DNA of 64,000 nt, taken from positions 1,504,001 through 1,568,000 of the forward strand of contig CAVOFT010000001.1 in the NCBI GenBank assembly GCA_963695095.1, given 5' to 3'. Position 1 is the stretch's first letter, and every line of letters starts with the position of its first letter. The translations under genes and the position numbers were made by a program. The notes beneath the pieces were generated by a model. The model was not told where the DNA came from and searched no databases. It worked only from the letters and a program-made list of their open reading frames with translations. Source of the stretch: an uncultured bacterium. GTDB taxonomy: Bacteria > Krumholzibacteriota > Krumholzibacteriia > JACNKJ01. This document shows positions 12,073 through 20,265 of the stretch, in pieces.

Positions 12073-13025
12073 TGCGCGCTCGCTCACTGCTGTCTCTGCT
12101 CGCGGCGGCCATCGTGGCCGGGGCCTGCGGCATCAAGCCCGAGCTGCCCAGCCAGATCCCGAGCACGGAGGTGCTGGGCGACGAGAGCTACGAGGTCGCC
12201 TACCGCTGGCTCGTCACCGGCGTCACCGACATGCTCGTGCATCGCAGCACGAGCATCTTCTACGTGATCCAGGACGCCGAGAGCCTCTCGATCTACCCGA
12301 CCTACAAGCGCGAAGACCTGGTGACGCCCAACCACAAGCGCATCTTCAAGGGGCTGACGGCTCCGCGGCTGCTGGCCGACGGCAGCGACCACGACTTCCG
12401 CATCTGGGTCTACGACGCGGCCGACGACCGCGTGAAGGGCTACGACGGCGGCGAGTTTCTCGACACGCTGACCGTGCAGGTGAGCTTCACCGACCCCGCC
12501 TGGCAGCAGGTGATCGCCCTGGCCGCCGATGACGCCGGGCGCGTCTTCGTCGCCGACCGCGGCCTCAATCGCATCTATCGCTACCGCGTCGGGGGCACGG
12601 CGGCCAGCCCCACGGTCAGCGCCGACGGCCAGCTCAGCTGGACCAGCCAGGCCGGCGGCGCCACGGTGCGCGACATCGCGATCGCCGCGGGCCGGCTCTA
12701 CCTGCTCGACGACGGGCTGCACACGATCCAGGCGCTGGACCCGGCCACCGGCCCCCTCAACCCGCCGCTCTTCGCCTACTTCGACGAGCTGCTGGACGAT
12801 CCGGTCGCGATCACGGCCGCGGCCGAGCACCTGTTCGTCATCAACCGGGCGGACACCACCGTCTGGGAGCTGTCAGCCCAGCTGGATCCGGAGGGCCAGC
12901 TGCGCGTCAACACGCACACCAAGGAAATCCTGCGCGCGCCGGCGGCCCTGACCGTGGTGGCCGGGCGCGTCTACGTGGCCGATCCGGAGCTGGGGAAGAT
13001 CATCGACTATGAAAAGCGCCAGTAA
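12072..13025 (+). CDS. Lipoprotein, NHL-like beta-propeller
   Basis: Lipobox AGA-C; repeats DDAGRVFVADRGLNRI, GRLYLLD, GRVYVAD; TGATG coupling. Confidence 0.65.
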   Translation: MRARSLLSLLAAAIVAGACGIKPELPSQIPSTEVLGDESYEVAYRWLVTGVTDMLVHRSTSIFYVIQDAESLSIYPTYKREDLVTPNHKRIFKGLTAPRLLADGSDHDFRIWVYDAADDRVKGYDGGEFLDTLTVQVSFTDPAWQQVIALAADDAGRVFVADRGLNRIYRYRVGGTAASPTVSADGQLSWTSQAGGATVRDIAIAAGRLYLLDDGLHTIQALDPATGPLNPPLFAYFDELLDDPVAITAAAEHLFVINRADTTVWELSAQLDPEGQLRVNTHTKEILRAPAALTVVAGRVYVADPELGKIIDYEKRQ

Positions 13026-15291
13026 GCCGCGCCTGCCGCGCCGGTCCGCCCGCCGCTCGGCGGTGGCGGGCCTCGCCGCCCTGCTCGCCCTGAGCCTGAG
13101 CGGCGCGGCGCCGGAGCCCCATGCGCCCCCGGTGCCCCTCTTGCCCGCGGAGCCCGGGCCCTTCTGGGCGCGCCTGGACGAAACGCTCCTGCTCGACTAC
13201 GTCTTCAAGACGCAGAACGCGGGCAACCTGGCCCTGACCATCACGAACCACGGCTTCTTCGGCAACAACTTCGCCGAGCGGGCCGCCTCGATGGAGTACC
13301 CCAAGGGCTCCGAGGTGGACCACATGATCCGCGGCGGCCTCTGGGTCGGCGGCATCAACACCGACTTCGACACCCTGGTGACGACCGGCGTGCAGGACGG
13401 CTACTGGGGCACCTATACGCGGCCGACGGAGTGGGTGCCGGTTTCGATTCCGCCGGCCGAGCAGGCGCTGGGCTGGATTCGCGAGCGCAGCACGCTGCCG
13501 ACGAGTCCCTACTACGATCCCCTCGGCGCGATCAGCGAGCAGGACCTGGTCACGGCCTTCCTCGACACCCTGGATCACCAGCACACGCCCGAGACCGGCA
13601 ACGCCGACAACTGGCACAGCGCGAGCGGGCTCGTCGTCACGCAGGAGAGCTACGCCTGGAGCTACGAGCCCGCCGACGCCATGGTTCTCGTCAAGTGGAC
13701 GGTGGTGCCCACGCGCACGCTCTTGAACGCTCTCTTCGGCGTCTACGCGGAGATGACCACGGGCTGGAAGGGGAAGTACCCCCTGGGCACCTGGCCGCCG
13801 GCCAGCGCCAACTGGTTCTACCACCACAACGTCTACTGGCTGGACGACATGCCCGAGTACGCGGGCCTGAGCGAAGACCCCTACAACCTGATGGCCGAGC
13901 ACCACTGGACCTATGACGAGGGCCGCGCGCCCCAGCATGCCGGCATCAAGTTCCTGGGCGCCAAGTACAAGCCCGGCGGCGGCGAGTGGACGCAGGAGGT
14001 CGGCCGCGTCGCCTGGCGCTGGTGGGACTGGGAGCCGGGCAGCTACGCCCGCGACAACGACGACGAGAAGTACGCGGTGCTCAGCGAGGACGGCTTCGAC
14101 GACTGGACCGAGATCACGCCGAGTCCCGACACCTCCGGGGACAGCCCCGTCGAGCTGCTGAACGTCGGGCCCTGGGACCTCTTCCCGGGCGGGGGCGGCC
14201 AGGAGCCGGACAGCCTCGTGCTTGCCTTCGCCTTCCTGGCCGGCGACAACTTCGCGGATCTGGTGGACAACGCCCTCTACGCGCAGAAGGTCTACAGCTT
14301 CAACTTCACGGTGCCGACGCCGCCCTATTCGCCGCGCATCAAGGTGGCCACGGATGCCGGCCGCATCCAGATCCGCTGGGGCGACGGCCCCGAGCGCAGC
14401 GTGGACGCGGTGACACGCGACTACGACTTCGAGGGCTATCGCGTCTACGTCGGCCGCGGCCCCGAGGCGGGCAGCTTCGATCTGCTCACCCAGGTCGACC
14501 TGGCCGAGATCCCGGCCAAGAACCCCCTCTTTGACAGCTACTTCACGCAGGGCTGGCTGGAGGCGGCCGTCGCCCCCGAGCCACTGGACGCGGACAATGG
14601 CCAGGCCGCGCTCGATGCGCTCTGGCCGGACGCCTACAGCTTCCACTTCGGCGCCCGGGAACCCTTCCTGGTCACCGAGCCCGACTCGGTGGGCTACAAC
14701 ACGGGCTTGAGCCGGGTGCTGCTGCCCGAGGCGGAGTGGGAATACGAGGCCGCCGGCGCCGATACGATCGTCTACAAGTACGGCAGCACGCTGGCCCCGG
14801 TGAAGGATGGCCACCACTACTGGGTTGCGGTCACCAGCTACGACCTCGGCAATCCCGAGACGCCCAGCCTCGAGAGCGGCGTCGGCCAGAACCTGCTGCA
14901 CGTGGTGCCCGGCCGCAGCCCGGCGCAGGCGGCCGGACGCGGCGTCACGGTCTTCCCCAATCCCTACCGGGGCAGCGCCGTCTGGGACGCCAATCCCGCC
15001 ACCGGCCGCTACATCTGGTTTGCGGGCTTGCCGGCCCGCGCCCTGATCAAGATCTTCACCCTGGCGGGGGACCGCGTCGCCGAGATCGACTTCGACCGCG
15101 CCGAGTACCGCGGCGAGAATGCCGCCGGCCTGCTGGTAGGAGGCGAAGCGCCCCAGCTCTCGGGCACCATGGCCGCCTGGGACCTGCGCAGCGAGAGCGG
15201 CCAGCCGGTGGCCACGGGACTCTACCTCTATTCCGTCACCGACCGCGCGAGCGGCGAATCGCAGCAGGGCAAGTTCCTGATCCTGAAATGA
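13009..15291 (+). CDS. Large secreted protein of unknown function with PNPY-type T9SS-CTD-like C-terminus
   Basis: Hydrophobic N-terminus; EYPKGS...GGLWVGG; DFEGYRVY; YWVAVTSYD; VFPNPY...WDLRSESGQPVATGLYLY...GKFLILK; exact start uncertain. Confidence 0.75.
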   Translation: MKSASKPRLPRRSARRSAVAGLAALLALSLSGAAPEPHAPPVPLLPAEPGPFWARLDETLLLDYVFKTQNAGNLALTITNHGFFGNNFAERAASMEYPKGSEVDHMIRGGLWVGGINTDFDTLVTTGVQDGYWGTYTRPTEWVPVSIPPAEQALGWIRERSTLPTSPYYDPLGAISEQDLVTAFLDTLDHQHTPETGNADNWHSASGLVVTQESYAWSYEPADAMVLVKWTVVPTRTLLNALFGVYAEMTTGWKGKYPLGTWPPASANWFYHHNVYWLDDMPEYAGLSEDPYNLMAEHHWTYDEGRAPQHAGIKFLGAKYKPGGGEWTQEVGRVAWRWWDWEPGSYARDNDDEKYAVLSEDGFDDWTEITPSPDTSGDSPVELLNVGPWDLFPGGGGQEPDSLVLAFAFLAGDNFADLVDNALYAQKVYSFNFTVPTPPYSPRIKVATDAGRIQIRWGDGPERSVDAVTRDYDFEGYRVYVGRGPEAGSFDLLTQVDLAEIPAKNPLFDSYFTQGWLEAAVAPEPLDADNGQAALDALWPDAYSFHFGAREPFLVTEPDSVGYNTGLSRVLLPEAEWEYEAAGADTIVYKYGSTLAPVKDGHHYWVAVTSYDLGNPETPSLESGVGQNLLHVVPGRSPAQAAGRGVTVFPNPYRGSAVWDANPATGRYIWFAGLPARALIKIFTLAGDRVAEIDFDRAEYRGENAAGLLVGGEAPQLSGTMAAWDLRSESGQPVATGLYLYSVTDRASGESQQGKFLILK

Positions 15292-16877
15292 GCACACCTT
15301 ACCGGGACCTTCGACCTGCCACTCCGTGCCGTCGGGCACTGGCCGCCCTTTGCGTGCTGGCGGCTCTCGGGCTAGGCGCCTGCGACGAGCAGCAGTCGCT
15401 CCTGCCCAACCAGCCGCCGCAGACCTTCCTGTCGGTGGAAGGCGGCGAGCTGGCGCCCACGCACTACCGGCAGATCCTGAGCTGGCACGGCGAGGATGTC
15501 GACGGCGAGGTGGTCCGCTTCGAGATCCAGTGGCGGCTGGACCCCGCCACGCCGCCCGTGGCCTTCGATACGACCTGGGTGGGCCTGACCCCGCCCTACC
15601 TCACGGCCACGCGCGACACCTTCTTCCTGCCCGTGCCCACGGCCGGCGCCGACACGCTCGTCCATCGCTTCCGCGTGCGGGCCGTGGACAATCAGGGGCT
15701 CGGCGATCCCGAGCCGGCGGAGCAGGCAGTGCCCGTCTTCAACCGCGCGCCGCGCCTCTGGGCCGTGACGAGCGCGGGAGACACGACGAGCACGCTCAGC
15801 CTGCCGGCCAGCATCCTGCCCGTGCTCACGATCCGCTTCAAGGTGGGGGATCCGGACAACCCGGCGACGGACCCCGAGGAGGCGCTGGCCTACATCGAGT
15901 CGGTGCGCTTCTGGTTCGAGGATCCGGATGCCGCCATCACCGTGGCCGGCACCGACACCCTGATCAGTCTCGTCCCGGCGGACTTCGGCCAGCTCGTGGG
16001 CGTCCAGCGCGAATTCCACCTGCAGGCCCGGGATCTGGGCGGGGCCCTGAGCAACGTGCTCACGGCCACGGCCTTCGTGCGGGACATCCGCCAGGCCCGG
16101 GTGCTGCTGATGGACGGTGCCGGGCAGGCCAGCCCCCAGAACCTGACCGTGGTCGACCCCTTCTGGCACGACCGGTTCACGGGCCTCTTCGCGCCGCAGG
16201 AGGTGCTCCTGCACGAGATCGCCGCCAGCGGGCCGATCGGGGCGCCGGAGAACCTGCACGCCATCTTCTCCCTCTTCGAGCTCGTCGTATGGTATAATGG
16301 GACGGATGGCGCGCCGCTCGCCTTCACGAACCCGCCCAGCCTCAACCTGCGCGCGGCCGAAGCCGGCTTGCGCGTGTACCTGGAAGGGGGAGGCAAGGTC
16401 TTGCTCGAGGGCTACAACCTGGTCGGAGCCAGCCGTGGCGCCTACTCCGGAGGCAGCTTCAGCGTCGACTTCGAGCAGGAGGTGCTCAAGGCCGACAGCC
16501 TGCAGGCCCACAACACGAGCACCGGCGGGGTGATGACCTCGAACTTCTGGGTCTTCGGACCCAAGCAGTTCCAGGGTTTCGCGACTGCCGGCACAGCGGC
16601 GCTCGGCCTTGCCGCTGGTGTCCAGCTCAAGGGCATCGATCGCCTGGCCTTGAATCCGGAGGCGCTCTCCACGGGAATCGTGGCAGAGCTCTATCGTGTG
16701 ACCGGCGACCAGACCTACCCGCCGAGCCTCTTCGCGGGGGCCGTGGGGGTCAGGCGCCATTTCGAGTCGGGCGGTCAGCTCGTGCTGCTGACCTTCCCGA
16801 TCAGCCTGACCTGGAGCAACGACAACGTGCTCGATCAGGTCCGGGGATTCTGCGAGGAATTCGGCGTCCTGCCCTAG
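15288..16877 (+). CDS. Lipoprotein with Ig/FN3-like N-terminal region and alpha/beta C-terminal domain
   Basis: Lipobox LGA-C; NQPPQT, WHGEDVDG, FRVRAVDNQG; VVWYNG...YLEGGGKVLL; ATGA overlap. Confidence 0.7.
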   Translation: MSTPYRDLRPATPCRRALAALCVLAALGLGACDEQQSLLPNQPPQTFLSVEGGELAPTHYRQILSWHGEDVDGEVVRFEIQWRLDPATPPVAFDTTWVGLTPPYLTATRDTFFLPVPTAGADTLVHRFRVRAVDNQGLGDPEPAEQAVPVFNRAPRLWAVTSAGDTTSTLSLPASILPVLTIRFKVGDPDNPATDPEEALAYIESVRFWFEDPDAAITVAGTDTLISLVPADFGQLVGVQREFHLQARDLGGALSNVLTATAFVRDIRQARVLLMDGAGQASPQNLTVVDPFWHDRFTGLFAPQEVLLHEIAASGPIGAPENLHAIFSLFELVVWYNGTDGAPLAFTNPPSLNLRAAEAGLRVYLEGGGKVLLEGYNLVGASRGAYSGGSFSVDFEQEVLKADSLQAHNTSTGGVMTSNFWVFGPKQFQGFATAGTAALGLAAGVQLKGIDRLALNPEALSTGIVAELYRVTGDQTYPPSLFAGAVGVRRHFESGGQLVLLTFPISLTWSNDNVLDQVRGFCEEFGVLP

Positions 16878-16953
16878 CCGGTCGGGGCGCCCGGGCCGTC
16901 TGGCCCAGCGAGCGTACAGCCTTGCCGTAACATCGTCAGCCTAGGGGGCGCAC

Positions 16954-18879
16954 ATGAAGAGCAGAGTTCTATTCCTGGTCGCGGCCGCGCTGAGTCTGGC
17001 AGCGGTCGCCTCGGCCCAGCCCATCGTCACGATCTACGATCTGCAGACGGATCTGATCGCCGACAACACCGTGGTCACGGTCGAGGGCAAGGTCGTCACC
17101 GCCGTCGATGACATCCCCTCCGGGATGGGCTTCTTCATCCAGGAGCCGGCCGGCGGCCCGAATAGCGGCCTTTACGTGTTCGTGGGCACGGTGAACGTGC
17201 CGACCGTGATCATCGGCGACGTCGTCGACGTCACCGGTCTCTATGACGACTACTTTCCCGCCGGCGCCCCCGGCACCGGTCTCGCGGAGCTGAATCTCTC
17301 CGTGCCGCACGGCGGCCAGGGCAGCTACACCGTGGTCGGCAGCGGCCAGGTGCCCCAGCCCGTGCTCCTGCGCGCCTGGCAGACCCGGACCGCCAATCCG
17401 CTCGAGGCGGAGAAGTGGGAATCCGTGCTCGTCCGCCATGAGAGCGTGGCCAAGATCGCCACCGATCCCGGCTTCGGCGAGTGGTTCGGAGCGGAGTTCG
17501 GCTTCGCGGTCAACGACACCACCCGCTTCGACGACGGCCTGGGCACCTCCGGCCCGCCGGTGGGCACGCAGATGAGCTCGGTCACGGGCGTCCTCAACTT
17601 CACCTTCAACGACTTCAAGGTGACGCCCCGCGGCCAGTATGACATCGTCTACGTCGGCGCGGCGCCGGCCCCCAGCCTGCTCTGGGCGGCGGCCACCGGT
17701 GAGTCCAGCATCGACGTGCGCTTCGATCGGCCGGTGGAGGAGACCTCGGCCGAGAATTCGGGCAACTACTTCCTCGATCTGGGCGCCGTGAGCACGGCCA
17801 CCCTCGATCCGGGCGATCCCGAACTCGTCCACCTGGCGCTCGCCAGCCCGATGCTGACGGAAGTCCTGCTCACGCTCACGGTCATCGACGTGCAGAACAC
17901 GGACGGCGTGGCCATGGCGCCTGAAGCGACGCAGTTCTGGGGCGGCATCAATACCGTCGCCTTCTCGCAGTACCCGGATGCCGGCGGCGACTCCTCCGCC
18001 GTGGCTGGACAGATCGTCACCGTCAGGGGCGTCATCCACAGCAAGTACGATGTCTGGGGCAACCACGTCTACCTGCAGGAAGTCAACGGGGCGGCCGGGG
18101 CGCGCACGCCCTACAACGGCCTCGAGGTCTACCTGCCCGCCTACCTGCCGCAGCTCGCCGTGGGCGACATCGTCATCATCGCCGACGCGCAGACCGAGTA
18201 CTTCAACATGACCTCCTTCGTGCAGCCCTTCTACTACTTCGAGAAGGTGTCCAGCGGCAATCCGGTGCTCGCGCCCGAGGTGATCACCATCGGCGACATG
18301 AGCGACCCGAGCGTCTGGGAGCCCTACGAGGGCGCGCTGGTCCGCGTGGAGAACGTGACGGTGGTGGAGCGCGCGGGCGCCTGGAACTTCTACGACTGGA
18401 GCGTTACCCAGGACGACCTCAACTGGCTCAAGATCGGCGACATGGGCGACTACAGCTATCTCGAGGGCCTGGGCGACGAGCTCAACATCACGGGCACGCT
18501 GCGCTACGAGTTCGGCAACTTCGTGCTGATGCCGCGCAGCGACGCCGACATCGAGATCCTCTACCAGAACCCGCTGGGCGCGGACGGCCTGCCCGCGGGC
18601 GCCAGGATCGCGCTGGCGCAGAACCACCCGAATCCCTTCAACCCGAGCACGAAGATCAGCTTCGTCCTCGCCGAGCCCGGCGAGGCGCGCCTGGAGATCT
18701 TCGACACGGCCGGCCGTCTGGTGCAGACCCTCGCCGCGGGCCAGCTCGCGGCGGGCGGCCACGAGTTCGTCTGGGGCGGTGCGTCAGCCGCCGGCGGCCA
18801 GGCTCCCAGCGGCCTGTACTACTATCGGCTGAGCGCCAACGGCGAGAGCCAGACGCGCAAGATGCTGATGCTCAAGTAA
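16954..18879 (+). CDS. Secreted protein with duplicated OB-fold-like modules, Ig-like domain and T9SS-CTD/FlgD-Ig-like domain
   Basis: Signal peptide; TIYDLQ..VTVEG..GFFIQE..SGLYVF and VTVRGVI..YLQE..NGLEVY; EKWESVLVR and EPYEGALVR; QNHPNPFNP CTD. Confidence 0.75.
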   Translation: MKSRVLFLVAAALSLAAVASAQPIVTIYDLQTDLIADNTVVTVEGKVVTAVDDIPSGMGFFIQEPAGGPNSGLYVFVGTVNVPTVIIGDVVDVTGLYDDYFPAGAPGTGLAELNLSVPHGGQGSYTVVGSGQVPQPVLLRAWQTRTANPLEAEKWESVLVRHESVAKIATDPGFGEWFGAEFGFAVNDTTRFDDGLGTSGPPVGTQMSSVTGVLNFTFNDFKVTPRGQYDIVYVGAAPAPSLLWAAATGESSIDVRFDRPVEETSAENSGNYFLDLGAVSTATLDPGDPELVHLALASPMLTEVLLTLTVIDVQNTDGVAMAPEATQFWGGINTVAFSQYPDAGGDSSAVAGQIVTVRGVIHSKYDVWGNHVYLQEVNGAAGARTPYNGLEVYLPAYLPQLAVGDIVIIADAQTEYFNMTSFVQPFYYFEKVSSGNPVLAPEVITIGDMSDPSVWEPYEGALVRVENVTVVERAGAWNFYDWSVTQDDLNWLKIGDMGDYSYLEGLGDELNITGTLRYEFGNFVLMPRSDADIEILYQNPLGADGLPAGARIALAQNHPNPFNPSTKISFVLAEPGEARLEIFDTAGRLVQTLAAGQLAAGGHEFVWGGASAAGGQAPSGLYYYRLSANGESQTRKMLMLK

Positions 18880-18952
18880 AACGGGCAGACCCGCCTCCTC
18901 CCGCGCACGAAACAACGTGCGCGTCCGGAGGCGGGCCAGCCCGCTCCGATTC

Positions 18953-18987
18953 GAGCCCGGCGGCTTCCGCGCCGGGCTCTGTTGTTC
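18953..18987 (+). terminator. Putative intrinsic terminator
   Basis: GAGCCCGGCG / CGCCGGGCTC 10-bp stem followed by TGTTGTT. Confidence 0.55.
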
Positions 18988-19089
18988 CCAGGCGCGACCT
19001 CAGGTGTGGCCGCGCGCTTGCAAGGGGGGAAAGGCCGCGCGCGGCTCCGGATGTATCCGGGGCGGCAAGCGCCGGCGGGGGAGGGGACG

Positions 19090-20139
19090 ATGAAGCGCAT
19101 TGCTGCCTGTCTGTTCCTGCTGTGCCTGAGCGCCCCTGTTGGGGCGGCCATCGTGGCCGATCACGCCGCCGTCGCCGAGTGGGCCGAAATTCCGGCGGCG
19201 AGCTTCGCAGCGGTCCGCGATGAGTTCCACCTATTCTACGGCCACACTTCCCACGGCAGCCAGCTGATGACCGGCCTCGCCATGCTGGCCGGCGAAGACC
19301 CGGTGCTCTATGCGCTGCCGGCCATCCAGGAGACCGGCGGTGATCTCGGCCACATGGGCGACACGAGCTGGGTGGCGCCCACGCGCAGCTACCTCGATCA
19401 GCACCCGGAATGCAACGTGGTCGCCTGGTCCTGGTGCGGCGGCTGCTCGGACAATACGGAAGCCGGCATTGCGGCCTATCTCGCCGCCATGAGCCAGCTC
19501 GAGCTGGACTACCCGAACGTGCACTTCGTCTACATGACCGGGCACCTGGACGGCACGGGACCGAACGGCAACCTCTATCGCAGCAACGAACAGATCCGCG
19601 CCTACTGCGCCGCCCAAGACAAGGTGCTCTTCGACTTCGCTGACATCGAGAGCTGGGATCCGGACGGCGTCTATTATCCCGAGGACACCGATGCCTGCCT
19701 CTGGTGCGCGGACTGGTGCGCCGTCAATCCCTGCCCGGGCTGCGGCGGTTGCGCCCACTCGCACTGCTTCAACTGCTACCTGAAGGGCAAGGGCTTCTGG
19801 TGGCTGCTGGCGCGGCTCAGCGGTTGGCAGGCTGCGAGTGCGCCGCCCGCCGAGTTGCCGGCACCGCCGCGCCTGAGCCGGAACCATCCCAACCCCTTCA
19901 ATCCCGGCACCGCCTTCACCGTCACCCTGGGCGCGCCTGCTTGGGCCCGGCTCGAAGTGATCGACCTCGGCGGCCGCCGCGTCGCCCTGCTGCACGACGG
20001 CGAGCTGGAGGCCGGCGAGCAGCGCTTCCGCTGGGACGGCCGCGATGCCAGCGGCCTTGCCCTGGGCTCCGGCGTCTACCTTTGCCGGCTACGGGCGGCG
20101 GGTCGGGAGGAATGCCGCAAGCTGACCCTGCTCAAATAA
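19090..20139 (+). CDS. Secreted Cys-rich putative hydrolase (HTSHG motif) with T9SS-CTD/FlgD-Ig-like domain
   Basis: Signal peptide; YGHTSHGSQL, WSWCG, YMTGH, LFDFADIE, CAHSHCFNC; NHPNPFNP CTD. Confidence 0.7.
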   Translation: MKRIAACLFLLCLSAPVGAAIVADHAAVAEWAEIPAASFAAVRDEFHLFYGHTSHGSQLMTGLAMLAGEDPVLYALPAIQETGGDLGHMGDTSWVAPTRSYLDQHPECNVVAWSWCGGCSDNTEAGIAAYLAAMSQLELDYPNVHFVYMTGHLDGTGPNGNLYRSNEQIRAYCAAQDKVLFDFADIESWDPDGVYYPEDTDACLWCADWCAVNPCPGCGGCAHSHCFNCYLKGKGFWWLLARLSGWQAASAPPAELPAPPRLSRNHPNPFNPGTAFTVTLGAPAWARLEVIDLGGRRVALLHDGELEAGEQRFRWDGRDASGLALGSGVYLCRLRAAGREECRKLTLLK

Positions 20140-20229
20140 GTGCGCGCCCCTGGCGCTGCCGGCCAGGGCGCGCCGCTTCCGCCTGGGGTCGGCCATGGCG
20201 GCGATCCGGAATGTCGGCGCCTTGCCGGT

Positions 20230-20258
20230 TTGCAGGTGCTTCACCGCCGTGCTATCCT
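20230..20258 (+). promoter_or_regulatory. Putative sigma70 promoter giving a leaderless transcript
   Basis: TTGCAG-N17-TATCCT with extended TG; ATG 7 nt downstream; no SD. Confidence 0.5.
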
Positions 20259-20265
20259 CCCCGGT

